Source: Xylanibacter ruminicola 23 (GTDB lineage Bacteria > Bacteroidota > Bacteroidia > Bacteroidales > Bacteroidaceae). From it: a stretch of 32,000 nt of DNA. Shown here in pieces: positions 1-9,206 of this stretch. The stretch lies in NCBI RefSeq assembly GCF_000025925.1, contig NC_014033.1, forward strand, positions 450,001 to 482,000, read 5' to 3'. Both the position numbers and the translations under genes were made by a program. The notes under the pieces are model-generated. The model was not told the DNA's origin, ran no database searches, and saw nothing but the letters and a program-made list of their open reading frames with translations. Position 1 is the stretch's first letter, and each line of letters opens with the position of its first letter.

Positions 1-382
1 TCCACAGGGCGATATCCTCGGCGCGGTATGACTTGAGGAACATCACGGTGTGGTTCTTGTCGTTGATGGTAAGCTGCATGGACGAGTGTACCTTCTCGGC
101 GTAGAGGGTGCAGGCAGGCGAGAGCTTGACTATCAGTCGCGGACTGGGGTACTTGCTACTTGCCAGCTCCAGCTTGATGTCGGAATCGCTGATGGTACCG
201 TTGCCCATCAGGTGTATACGCACTTCGGCGGGCAAGGGTACTTTGGTGATGAACGGTTGCTCGGGGCCCAGGTCGTTCATCATGCGCATCTTGAGGTAGA
301 GGTCAAGAGCATAGTCGTTGCTCCTGCCTTCCTCCACTAATTTGGCGATGCTGTTACTAATCTGTACTTTGGTGTATTGCAT
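1..382 (-). CDS. hypothetical protein, N-terminal part only (gene runs off the left edge)
   Basis: Absent from the ORF track because there is no in-window stop. Reverse-complement reading from the ATG at 382 gives an uninterrupted frame to position 1 (MQYTKVQISNSIAKLVEEGRSNDYALDLYLKMRMMNDLGPEQPF...). It starts 7 nt after the stop of the AAA ATPase gene on the same strand. No motif recognised. Confidence 0.5.
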   Translation of the reverse strand, partial: MQYTKVQISNSIAKLVEEGRSNDYALDLYLKMRMMNDLGPEQPFITKVPLPAEVRIHLMGNGTISDSDIKLELASSKYPSPRLIVKLSPACTLYAEKVHSSMQLTINDKNHTVMFLKSYRAEDIALW

Positions 383-389
383 AACTTTA

Positions 390-2183
390 TCAATAGTTTG
401 TCGACCCTGGCAGGGAGAAGCCGGCGATGCGGTGGCGCGATTTGTTGTTGGCGAGTTGCTCGGCGCGGCAGTAGTCTTCCAGCTGCTCGAGTGTGGCGTA
501 CTGGCCCGAGAGGATGTAGTCGACCGTGCGCTTGCGGGCGATGTTCTCAATCTGTCCGCCTGAGAAGTCGAAGTGCGAGGCCAGCTGCTGGGCGTCGTGG
601 TCGCTCAGGTCCTTCAGCATCGAGCGCCATATCTTGCTCTTCACGGTGGTGTCGGGCTTGTGGAACTCAACCTTGTAGAGGAATCGGCGCTCGAAGGCGC
701 TGTCGAGGTTGCTGGTGAGGTTGGTGGTGGCGATGAGTATGCCGTCCAGGTCCTCAATCTCCTGAAGGATGATGTTCTGCATGGCGTTGTCCATCTTGTC
801 GACAGAGTGCTCGATGTTCTCGGTGCGCTTGTTGATGAGCGCATCGGCCTCGTTGAAGAACAGGATGGGCTGTACCTCGCTGTTCTGGCATATCTCGCGG
901 TAGCGGGCAAACACGGCCTTGATGTTCTTCTCGCTCTCGCCTACGAACTTATCGCGCATGCCGGCGATGTCTACCTGCATGAGGTTGCGACCCGTCTGAC
1001 GGGCTATCTGCAGCACGGTCTCGGTCTTGCCGGTACCAGGGCCTCCGTAGAACAGACAGGCAAAGCCCTTGCGCATGCCCTGCTCCTCCAGACGCTGCTG
1101 GATGCTGGGGAAGTTGTCGATGCTGAGCAGACTGGTGAGTCGCTCAATCTGCTGCTGCTCGCTGTCGTTGAAGAACAGCTCCTTGGCCTTGATGCTATCG
1201 TGGCTCTTAAGCATGCGGTTGTAGCTGTTTTGATAGCGGCGGCACTTGCTGTGACTGGGCTTGTAGGCCGACAGCAGCTCCTGCTTGGCCTTGAGGGTTA
1301 GCTTGTACTGCTCGTTGTCGGCCATGCCGTCGCGGCACTTGTACTCGATGTAGCCGGCTTGTATGAGGGGGTGGATGCCCTCGCGCAGGTTCTGGCGCAG
1401 GAAGTTGCAATCAAAATCCTCGGGGTACAGGTCGCTAATGGTTTCCATGGTGAGGCCCTCGCCGTCGCTGCCCTCCCACTGGGCATAGTCGAACACAATC
1501 ATGAGCAGCAGCGACTGCACGTGGATATCGTCGAAGCGCAGCACCTCGTGGCAGAGGGGCAGGTGAGGATTGGCCTTGCACAGCTCAACCATCCACTCCT
1601 CGTCGTCGCGGAACTCAGTGTGGCGGTCGTTCAGGCCCTTGGAGATATGGCTCTCGAGTTTGTCGACGAACTGCTGCTCGGTAAGTCCGTCGATCTTCTC
1701 GGGAACGAACACCTGATTATGGCGCAGGGCGGTGATAAGGCCGCGAGCCAGTGCGAAGCCTTCGAAGAAACCACCTATCTCGTGGGTGCCACGGCGTACG
1801 AACCAGCGCTTGCGCACCATCTCCTCGATTTCGTCGGTGTAGGTCATCATCTGCAGGCGCGAGCAGTTCAGGTAGTTGCCCATCTTCTTCCACGACAGGG
1901 GTTCGCCAGCCTCGATGAGCATGGCCAGTACTACTATCTGGATATCGTTGATGCCCAGCTCGCCGCGCAGGAAAGCCAGGGGATTCTTAATCGACTCCCA
2001 GAACTCATCGGTGAGTTCGGAGCCGCGTGCCTGGTCGAGCACACGGTTCATGGCGGTGATGATGGTCCAGGTGTCGGGCTCCTTGTACTCCTTCTCCTCA
2101 TTATCAAACAAGGAGCGCTCGGGGCGCATGTCAAAATCAAGGTTTGTACTTCGCTTCTGAATTTTCAATCTTCTTGGTGGCAT
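390..2183 (-). CDS. AAA+ ATPase (classical AAA clade) with a ~350-aa uncharacterised N-terminal region
   Basis: 597-aa ORF. The C-terminal half carries Walker A (FYGGPGTGKTE), Walker B (ILFFNEADAL), sensor-1-like LIATTN and an AFERRF arginine region. The N-terminal half has no motif I recognise. The ATG at 2183 lies 34 nt downstream of a TAnnTTTG box. Confidence 0.85.
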   Translation of the reverse strand: MPPRRLKIQKRSTNLDFDMRPERSLFDNEEKEYKEPDTWTIITAMNRVLDQARGSELTDEFWESIKNPLAFLRGELGINDIQIVVLAMLIEAGEPLSWKKMGNYLNCSRLQMMTYTDEIEEMVRKRWFVRRGTHEIGGFFEGFALARGLITALRHNQVFVPEKIDGLTEQQFVDKLESHISKGLNDRHTEFRDDEEWMVELCKANPHLPLCHEVLRFDDIHVQSLLLMIVFDYAQWEGSDGEGLTMETISDLYPEDFDCNFLRQNLREGIHPLIQAGYIEYKCRDGMADNEQYKLTLKAKQELLSAYKPSHSKCRRYQNSYNRMLKSHDSIKAKELFFNDSEQQQIERLTSLLSIDNFPSIQQRLEEQGMRKGFACLFYGGPGTGKTETVLQIARQTGRNLMQVDIAGMRDKFVGESEKNIKAVFARYREICQNSEVQPILFFNEADALINKRTENIEHSVDKMDNAMQNIILQEIEDLDGILIATTNLTSNLDSAFERRFLYKVEFHKPDTTVKSKIWRSMLKDLSDHDAQQLASHFDFSGGQIENIARKRTVDYILSGQYATLEQLEDYCRAEQLANNKSRHRIAGFSLPGSTNY

Positions 2184-2216
2184 AATAGTAGTGTTTTAAT
2201 GGGTTATTTCTGGTGG

Positions 2217-2224
2217 CAAATTTA
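2217..2224 (-). promoter_or_regulatory. Bacteroidota sigma-A -7 box (TAAATTTG on the minus strand)
   Basis: The plus-strand caaattta is the reverse complement of TAnnTTTG. It sits 34 nt upstream of the AAA ATPase ATG. Confidence 0.4.
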
Positions 2225-2261
2225 CCGTTTGGGCAGAAAGTAAGGGTTAAAGTTATATGTA

Positions 2262-2296
2262 TAAATGAAAAAGAGCAACCGGTGAGGGTTGCTCTT
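2262..2296 (-). terminator. intrinsic terminator downstream of the HAD gene
   Basis: 10-bp perfect stem (aagagcaacc 2271-2280 / ggttgctctt 2287-2296) with a 6-nt loop, followed on the minus strand by a T-run. It starts 4 nt after the HAD stop codon. Confidence 0.6.
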
Positions 2297-2299
2297 GGG

Positions 2300-2896
2300 T
2301 TAGCGAAGCAGGTCGATGATCTGGAGCGGGGAGGTGATGCACTCATGGTCAGGGTCGGCGAGCATCAGCTCTTTTTCCTCATCTCTGGCGCCCCACAGAC
2401 AGTGATAGGCCTTGATGCCGACCATGGATGCCAATTTAGCATCAATCATCTGATTACCGAAAGCTATGGTGTATTCAGGAGCAACGTTGAGCTGTTTCAG
2501 TGCATGGAGGAAGAGCGAAGGATCGCCCTCGGACTTTATGGTGCCGCCAATACGATTGACCTTGGGCTTGGGAAAAACATCTTTCAGAACAGGATACTTT
2601 TCTGCTTTGGCTTTGATTGCCACATTTTGCACCTGAACGTTGTTGCCCGACACGATGGCAGCTTGGATGTTGTTTGCTTTGAAGAACTCGAGTGCCTGCT
2701 CCCAACCATCGTAGAGCGGGCTCTGCCTGATTTTCTCAAGGTATAGGCTGCGGGCCTTGCTCCACTCTGGCGAGAACCTGCGCAGCCCCTTCCCCCGGAC
2801 AGAGAAACGATCTGCAACAGTGGTGTCGAACAGAGTGCCATCAAAATCGATGAGCACCGTGGTAAACGAAGGAATAATAGTAGTTTGCTTTGTCAT
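2300..2896 (-). CDS. HAD-superfamily hydrolase (phosphatase-like)
   Basis: 198-aa ORF with HAD motif I DxDxT (VLIDFDGTLFDT) near the N-terminus, a later VSGN motif and a K...GD region. Length is typical of small HAD phosphatases. Confidence 0.8.
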   Translation of the reverse strand: MTKQTTIIPSFTTVLIDFDGTLFDTTVADRFSVRGKGLRRFSPEWSKARSLYLEKIRQSPLYDGWEQALEFFKANNIQAAIVSGNNVQVQNVAIKAKAEKYPVLKDVFPKPKVNRIGGTIKSEGDPSLFLHALKQLNVAPEYTIAFGNQMIDAKLASMVGIKAYHCLWGARDEEKELMLADPDHECITSPLQIIDLLR

Positions 2897-2975
2897 ATGG
2901 TAATAGTATTATACGTGATTACGATTGCAAAGATTATGCCAAGACTCCAAAATAACCGCCATATTCATATGTATG

Positions 2976-3009
2976 AATAAAAACAGAGCAACCGGTTAGG
3001 GTTACTCTG
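2976..3009 (-). terminator. intrinsic terminator downstream of the AddA-like gene
   Basis: Stem cagagcaacc 2984-2993 / ggttactctg 3000-3009, with one position that is a G-U wobble in the minus-strand RNA. The loop is 6 nt and a T-run follows on the minus strand. The sequence is homologous to the terminator at 2262-2296. Confidence 0.55.
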
Positions 3010-3031
3010 TTTGGGTGTTAATGGACTTCTA

Positions 3032-6000
3032 CTACAGGTTGAGGCGGACGACACAACCCATAACAGAGTAGTAGATAAGTGCATCTCTTACTGTGATTCC
3101 AGATGCGTGAAGTACATCGCGATAAGCCTTTAGCTGTGAGGCATACTTACCTGCATAATGCTCGTTCTTAGGGTCTGGATTCGTGATGGTTGCCCTGTCA
3201 CCAGGGAAATTCTTGAAGTCAATCAGCACACACTCATTCTCGTTAAGATACCATAAGAGGTCAATCTCTCCATGCACTATCTGACCAGGTAGAGGTTGAA
3301 TGAACGGAACCTCATGCTTGACAGACGAGGCTTTGCCATAAGTCTGCTCCAACCATGCGTAAAGATGCTCAATGGAATTGATAACTTCTTCGGGCTCAGA
3401 TATGATTCCGTACATGTTGTTGCCATTGCGAATGTCAGTGGCCTTATCCACATTCTCTTCATGAGAAAGGGTAGGGTCGTAGACTGCAAAGATGTTATGG
3501 ATGCAAGTACCAGCAGCCGCCTGATTGGTATCATCGGTATCGTAATTCTCGATGCGACATTTGAGATTATCAAGAATCTCAATATTTTCTTTTGCGAACT
3601 CAATCTGAGGCAGCTTGCTAGGAGAGATATATTTGGGCTCTCGTTCAGAAATGATCAACTCTGGGTAATCAAAATATTTATATTCTGTTGCCTTTGATTT
3701 GTCAGCTTCAGGAATATTGGTAATATCTTCTGGATTTCCATCTAGATTCTTCTCGCCCCACAAAACTCCCAAAGACTGATTCATGACACCCTCGGAGATG
3801 CCGGCATTTTTTATCCAGTAAGCAGTAGGAATAGACCTGTTGTTCCGGGCATTGCTACATCTTCCCAATGTTGTCAGATAATCGCGCGCACGTGTCATAC
3901 CAACATAGAGAAGATGACGTAATTGGTTGGTTTCACGCTCTTTAATCGCCTTGTACGAAGAGAGTTGAATGACATTGTCCAAATAAAGCTGCGGTAATGT
4001 TGATTTGTATGTTATAGAACTCATAATCCTGGGAAGGTGTTGAATCACGTAATGATCGTTATCCTCCGAACGCATTTCTCGTACTCCCCAATAATTCCAT
4101 AGTGCGAAATGGTCATCTTTCAATTTGTTATCAAAGAGAGAGTCCATAATCACATAATTCCATTCTAAGCCTTTGGATTTATGGTAGGTTAATACCTTAA
4201 CTGCATTGATAGAATTATCTATTTTGTTTTCAACTTTAGCATAAGAGAGATAGCTGATAAAACCACCAACAGATGCTCCAATGCCCATCTGTTGACAATG
4301 GCTATCATATTGTCTTGCTAATGCTCTGACAGTACTGAGATTCTGTTGACGTATCTCTTTTTCGCCCCACTTGGCGACTAATTCTGGAAGTGAAAGACCA
4401 TAGATGACGTTCTCAACCAAATCGGACACAGAGAAATCACGTCCGGCTTTTATAAAGGCTACCAGCTTCTCTATCAGTGGATTATCGTTCATCCATTCAT
4501 CAGGTAATTGCTGGTCCTCAGGATTCTCTTTCTTTTCTCTTTCTATACTCTGATTATACAGATAATCCAATCGAGAATTCAGAATTTTAGTCGTTGAATC
4601 ATCATTCAACAATCGAACCAATTCTGCCCTGACGTGCTTGTTAGAGGGTTCTATCATTAGCTGTAAGAGTGAAATAACTAAATGTATCTCAATCTGCTGA
4701 GAAATATCATCGTTGACGAATGATACGGGTATACCACGAGCGGCTAATGCCTTTGCATAGCTTTTACATTCGCTATTCTTTAAGCACAGTATGGCAATGT
4801 CGCCAGGTTCAATGTCTCTAATAGACTGAGCACCCTTTGGCTTTACCTTCAGATTACTATCCAAAAGTTGTTTTACACGATCAGCCGTTTTTTCGATGAA
4901 TGTCTTGTTCTGATTCATGTTGCCAGAACAATTCCAATGAGCTAACGGCTCGGAAAGGCCTTCTTCATCTTGACGAGCAGGTTCCAACTCTACATTATTA
5001 ATAATTCCATTGAAAGCCCTTGTGAAGCAGCCATTAACAAGGTTAACTAGTTTTCTGCGAGAACGATAAGATTTAGGGAGAGAATATAAGTTTAAACCAT
5101 TCTTCTTTTTTTCTTTCTCGTCATCAAAAAGCTTAATTAAATCATTCACCAATGACACATCGGCTCCTCTAAAACCATAAATGCTCTGTTTGGGATCGCC
5201 CACCCAGTAACTATGTTCTATCAAATCGGAAAGTTTTTTGAAAATGCTCAACTGAATTGGACTGGAATCCTGGAACTCGTCGACCATCATCAACTTATAA
5301 TCAGCCTTTATTTCTTCGCAGACATTCTTAGTATCTAACAACTTTAAGAACTTCTCCTCCATATCGTTGTAGTCGATGATGTGATGACGATCCTTAAAAG
5401 CCTTAAAACCATCATTCCAATTAGATGCGATGCGGAAAATGGTTTGAACCATAGTTGTCATCATTTTTTGAGGCGATTTCCAACTATCTGTAGACTTTGA
5501 TGACAGAAGAACCGATTTGATATTTTTAACAAATTCCTGAAAATCGCCTTTCATTTTTTCGACAAAAGGTGTCAAGCGAGATTGAGCCCCTAGAAACGTT
5601 TTTCCGCTTATCTCCTTATATATGTTTAATAAAACATGATAGTTCGGTTTTTCTGAAAGGAACTCCTTGGCTTTTTTCTTTATATCTTCATTATATGATT
5701 CTATTTGCTCCGTTAGGATGTTTTGAAACTCTTTCAACAGTTTCTCATTGAGGTTCCCATTCTCATTAAAAATAGCATTAATCGTTTTTTTACTCATATC
5801 AATACAACCATTAAGATCAATATCGTAATGGTTGATTTTCTCAATAACGCTTAAGAGTTCGTCTTGCCAAAACAGAGGATAGTCAATGTCAAAATAGTTA
5901 CAATATTCTGTAAAGAAAGCCAAATCAGTATCAGTAACATAATTACCTAATGACTGGCTGATATAAATCTGCATGTCATCTTCAGACATCACCTTCGCAT

Positions 6001-6331
6001 CAGGAGAGATTCCAGCCAAATACCAATATTTCTGAATAAAACTCAAAGAGACGGAATGGACGTCGCCAATAGTTGCAGCGTCCATCTGATTGGCGATATC
6101 GGATAGTTGCTTCTTGGTATCATTGTCAGGTTCATTCTTTATTTTCTCATACAAGACTTCACGTGCCTTCTGACGAAATTCAGAAGCAGCAAGCTTGGTG
6201 AACGTGGTCAGAATAACTTCTGATGGCTTTATTCTTCCATCTTTCTTGCACAGTTCCTTAGCCAGGATTTTAGTCAGTTCGGTCGTTTTTCCAGAACCTG
6301 CTCCTGCGTTGATATATGTTACATTTTTCAT
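3032..6331 (-). CDS. UvrD/Rep-family SF1 helicase with a C-terminal PD-(D/E)XK nuclease (AddA/RexA-like)
   Basis: 1099-aa ORF. Helicase motifs: Walker A NAGAGSGKTT, motif II MMVDEFQDSSPIQ, motif III VGDPKQSIYGFRGA, TYHKSKGLEW and YVGMTRARD. C-terminal RecB-type nuclease signature: GEIDLLW ... LIDFKNF ... SQLKAYRDVL. The start overlaps the upstream gene's stop by ATGA (6328-6331). Confidence 0.85.
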   Translation of the reverse strand: MKNVTYINAGAGSGKTTELTKILAKELCKKDGRIKPSEVILTTFTKLAASEFRQKAREVLYEKIKNEPDNDTKKQLSDIANQMDAATIGDVHSVSLSFIQKYWYLAGISPDAKVMSEDDMQIYISQSLGNYVTDTDLAFFTEYCNYFDIDYPLFWQDELLSVIEKINHYDIDLNGCIDMSKKTINAIFNENGNLNEKLLKEFQNILTEQIESYNEDIKKKAKEFLSEKPNYHVLLNIYKEISGKTFLGAQSRLTPFVEKMKGDFQEFVKNIKSVLLSSKSTDSWKSPQKMMTTMVQTIFRIASNWNDGFKAFKDRHHIIDYNDMEEKFLKLLDTKNVCEEIKADYKLMMVDEFQDSSPIQLSIFKKLSDLIEHSYWVGDPKQSIYGFRGADVSLVNDLIKLFDDEKEKKKNGLNLYSLPKSYRSRRKLVNLVNGCFTRAFNGIINNVELEPARQDEEGLSEPLAHWNCSGNMNQNKTFIEKTADRVKQLLDSNLKVKPKGAQSIRDIEPGDIAILCLKNSECKSYAKALAARGIPVSFVNDDISQQIEIHLVISLLQLMIEPSNKHVRAELVRLLNDDSTTKILNSRLDYLYNQSIEREKKENPEDQQLPDEWMNDNPLIEKLVAFIKAGRDFSVSDLVENVIYGLSLPELVAKWGEKEIRQQNLSTVRALARQYDSHCQQMGIGASVGGFISYLSYAKVENKIDNSINAVKVLTYHKSKGLEWNYVIMDSLFDNKLKDDHFALWNYWGVREMRSEDNDHYVIQHLPRIMSSITYKSTLPQLYLDNVIQLSSYKAIKERETNQLRHLLYVGMTRARDYLTTLGRCSNARNNRSIPTAYWIKNAGISEGVMNQSLGVLWGEKNLDGNPEDITNIPEADKSKATEYKYFDYPELIISEREPKYISPSKLPQIEFAKENIEILDNLKCRIENYDTDDTNQAAAGTCIHNIFAVYDPTLSHEENVDKATDIRNGNNMYGIISEPEEVINSIEHLYAWLEQTYGKASSVKHEVPFIQPLPGQIVHGEIDLLWYLNENECVLIDFKNFPGDRATITNPDPKNEHYAGKYASQLKAYRDVLHASGITVRDALIYYSVMGCVVRLNL

Positions 6332-9021
6332 AATAGTCTGCCTTTTAGAATTGAATGAGTTGTCTTGATTTCGCGATCATCGGCTTTGCTATCTCCCCAG
6401 TTGGGAACTTTCTTAGCAAATGCCGGTTTATCAGTTTTGACGTATGGACATTTTTTGTCATTTTCTCTTTTATATTGTCCCTCGAGTGGGTAGAGCGGAA
6501 GTTTTCCTTTTGTGCCCTTGTTATAAGGAAGTTCTGCAATTGCACACAATTCACTGTCTTCCACTTTACCATTATTGAGCTCATTTCTGCGATAAATATA
6601 TGAATTCTTAATCTCTTCAAACAATTTGCGATTTTCCGCATCATAATCAACCTCAACATTGACAACATGCTCTGACTCTGGGAAAACAGTCGTAAAGAGT
6701 TTGCACAATGGGAAAAGATAGTAAGCGGTACCAACAATCTTTGCATTCTTATCTTGCTTCTGATAATGAATGGTTGCTGCCTGACTATAGAATTCCAACT
6801 GCATAGCACGCTTCTCTTTGAGTTTCTTTTCGAATGAGCTGCTTTCTGACCACTTGAAATCGAAAATCACGTAATGTGACGGATTATTAGTCTCCTGAAG
6901 TACCATATCAGGTTTAGCTTCGAAGGAACCTATATCTTCAAATTGAACATTCATTTTTACCTCGCATTCAACGGGTTGCAAACCTAGTTGAGTAATGATG
7001 TCAACCAGAATCAATGCGCTCTCTTTCAACTTGTCGACAAACTGCTGTTGTTCCATTTTGTACTCTGGGAGTAATAAGATGGCACCTTTCTGACTGATGG
7101 CAATATTAATTCTGCTGTTTTTTTCCTCATCTGTCAGTTCCTTATACTTATTAGGCATCTCGGTTCCAAACTCTTTCACCAGGTTCTCTATGAAGAGATG
7201 AGCTACGTTACCCTTAGTTGTGTCGAGGTCATCCAACTGCCCCACAGATGGTTCTCTAAGTTTTAAGAGGTAGTCTGCAGTATAATCGAAAGGATGCTGT
7301 ATCAAGGTGCTGATGCTGGAATAACTCTCAGTTTCGCGTTTGAGCGCCCTTAACTGTGTGCCATCAAGTTGATAGTTTGGGAGAATGTCGAGTTTTACAA
7401 CTTCTCCTTTCTTTTCTTCTAAATGAGGCTTCTCATTCTGCACCACGATTCTTGCCCATTGCTCGTCAGTATATCTGGACTTAAACTCTGTCAGAAGTGG
7501 ATGTTCTTCCTGCAACTCATTACCATCATATTCCCAACATACTAGAATAAGATTCTGACGTATGTTCTGGAGTGCATTAAGTTGTAATTGACGATAATGT
7601 GAATAAAACTCTGTCTTAGATGGTATGGACACCCCCTGCTCATTTAGTTTCTCAATCTCTTCATTATTCAGAAAATCGTAAGGATAAGTAGATAAGGAAC
7701 TGCCTACACATCCAAGCCAGCAAACATTGTCGACAGAATCCGCTAATTGGGTTACAGACGAAATGAAATCAGGAGAGTCTTTTTCTGCCTTGAAGTGTGT
7801 AAACGATTGAGGCTGGTAGATGCCATCAATAGTCACCATCAGTTCCTCTGAAGTAACGGTCTTCTTGTCTTTTAGCGTTTGAACAAGTGACCGGCAGAAA
7901 GAGGACAGAACAATAAGTTGTGCCTTTCGTTCGTCACTAACATGTTTTGAGAAGATTTGTTTATCACACCAATGAGCTAAATCATTTGCATAGCTTTTGA
8001 TTGCTTCTACAGGAATATGATCTGACTGAAATTCTTCCTTAACCATGCTGATGAACGAGAGACATTCTTCTCGTTCATCTTCATCTTTGTCGTTTGTGAA
8101 ATCGTGGTTTTGTATAACTTCATCCCATTTTTCATTCACACCACCTTCATCTGCAAGTACTTTGGCCAACTGAAAGGCCACACCCTTTGCAGGATGTCCT
8201 GGAACTTGGAGATAGGACAAAAGGTTATAAACATTCAATGGACGTGCAAAGAGGGATAAACCTAATTTGAATAGTTGAAGTATCTGAGGGTTGCTATCTG
8301 ATGATTTTGAATTCACTACAGGCTTGTTAAACGAGATAGCCATGTCATTAAGCATGCAATTATCATTGCTTACAGTAACATCAATGTCTTTAATGGCATC
8401 CGGTTGAGACAGATACCACTGATAGGCGATTGTTCGTGTCTTAAACTTATAAACCTTCAGATTGTATGCAGAATTAGTTGTGGTGGGTTGAACATATTCT
8501 ACAAAACCTTGATTGTTTAGGTCATCAAGTGTATTACGAATAACCAAAGGTAACAATTCTGAAGACGCATGAACTTCTATCTTGTCGTTCTCGCTAAAAA
8601 GCCGATGATTCTTAACATATTCATGTACTTTTTTCCAACGATCAGCTTGAGACCTTGGTGTCGTTTCCTCTTCTAATGCTGCAAGGTTTTCCAGCTTTTT
8701 GGTAAATCGGTGTTCTTGAGGATTCCATCCTGCCATCAACAAATTGTCGCGCCAATTGAGTAGCTGACGGGTTACTCCAATCTCATCCATCGCAAAAGAA
8801 TTAGCAAAGATCGTTTTCTTTATGCTCTCCTTTATGGCATCACGATGTGCTACCAAACGCTCTGGTTCAGATAGCTCCTGAACAGCAATGCCGGCTCGCA
8901 GTTCGAGTTCGGAAAGCAGTTCGGTGGAACCACATACTTTCAGCCCAAGGAGTTGGCCCTGGCGTTGTTGGAGGTTGATGTAGCTTGTAGAGTTAAACTC
9001 TGGTGAATAGATTATTTTCAT
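6328..9021 (-). CDS. PD-(D/E)XK nuclease family protein (AddB/RexB-like partner)
   Basis: 897-aa ORF, translationally coupled upstream of the helicase. C-terminal nuclease signature: KPDMVL ... VIFDFKWSE ... MQLEFYSQA (D, DxK, QxxxY). I found no Walker A motif and no CxxC-type Fe-S cysteine cluster. Confidence 0.7.
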   Translation of the reverse strand: MKIIYSPEFNSTSYINLQQRQGQLLGLKVCGSTELLSELELRAGIAVQELSEPERLVAHRDAIKESIKKTIFANSFAMDEIGVTRQLLNWRDNLLMAGWNPQEHRFTKKLENLAALEEETTPRSQADRWKKVHEYVKNHRLFSENDKIEVHASSELLPLVIRNTLDDLNNQGFVEYVQPTTTNSAYNLKVYKFKTRTIAYQWYLSQPDAIKDIDVTVSNDNCMLNDMAISFNKPVVNSKSSDSNPQILQLFKLGLSLFARPLNVYNLLSYLQVPGHPAKGVAFQLAKVLADEGGVNEKWDEVIQNHDFTNDKDEDEREECLSFISMVKEEFQSDHIPVEAIKSYANDLAHWCDKQIFSKHVSDERKAQLIVLSSFCRSLVQTLKDKKTVTSEELMVTIDGIYQPQSFTHFKAEKDSPDFISSVTQLADSVDNVCWLGCVGSSLSTYPYDFLNNEEIEKLNEQGVSIPSKTEFYSHYRQLQLNALQNIRQNLILVCWEYDGNELQEEHPLLTEFKSRYTDEQWARIVVQNEKPHLEEKKGEVVKLDILPNYQLDGTQLRALKRETESYSSISTLIQHPFDYTADYLLKLREPSVGQLDDLDTTKGNVAHLFIENLVKEFGTEMPNKYKELTDEEKNSRINIAISQKGAILLLPEYKMEQQQFVDKLKESALILVDIITQLGLQPVECEVKMNVQFEDIGSFEAKPDMVLQETNNPSHYVIFDFKWSESSSFEKKLKEKRAMQLEFYSQAATIHYQKQDKNAKIVGTAYYLFPLCKLFTTVFPESEHVVNVEVDYDAENRKLFEEIKNSYIYRRNELNNGKVEDSELCAIAELPYNKGTKGKLPLYPLEGQYKRENDKKCPYVKTDKPAFAKKVPNWGDSKADDREIKTTHSILKGRLL

Positions 9022-9048
9022 ATCTTAGGTTTTATTAGTTTCCTGCTG

Positions 9049-9056
9049 CAAATATA
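9049..9056 (-). promoter_or_regulatory. -7 box (TATATTTG on the minus strand) for the AddB/AddA-like operon
   Basis: The plus-strand caaatata is the reverse complement of TAnnTTTG. It sits 28 nt upstream of the ATG at 9021. Confidence 0.4.
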
Positions 9057-9164
9057 AGCATTTTATCTGTAAGATGCAATATTTTATATGTATGAATTAT
9101 GTTTTTTATCATATTATATGTTAAGCTAATGTGTTTTTATCTGCTAATAAATATTAAATATTAG

Positions 9165-9206
9165 GTCACAAAACGGCAAAAATTTGGAAATTTGCCGATT
9201 TGTGAC
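9165..9206. promoter_or_regulatory. inverted repeat, candidate AbiEi operator
   Basis: gtcacaaaacggcaaa (9165-9180) and tttgccgatttgtgac (9191-9206) form a 16-nt inverted repeat with one mismatch. It brackets a TTTG at 9183-9186 and abuts the -7 box at 9207. Confidence 0.45.

Noticed and set aside
573-2243. Plus-strand ORFs 573-1301 and 1359-2243 (242 and 294 aa)
   Set aside because: They are antisense to the AAA ATPase gene, which has unambiguous Walker motifs. Their translations are rich in V, L, A and G and carry no motifs. They are shadow ORFs.
3032-6331. Reading the UvrD-type helicase as a Gabija GajB-like or other known defence helicase
   Set aside because: Its partner is a large PD-(D/E)XK AddB-like protein rather than an OLD/TOPRIM ATPase, and the helicase carries its own RecB-type nuclease. 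The architecture matches AddAB/RexAB, not Gabija.
2967-9097. Identical 12-mer ATATGTATGAAT at 2967-2978 and 9086-9097, flanking the AddB/AddA-like cassette in direct orientation (possible att or target-site duplication)
   Set aside because: A 12-mer match is not significant at this scale. Roughly (32000^2/2)/4^12, about 30 chance pairs, are expected in 32 kb under uniform composition, and more in AT-rich spacers. No recombinase is present. Noted only as something to revisit if a strain lacking the cassette is found.
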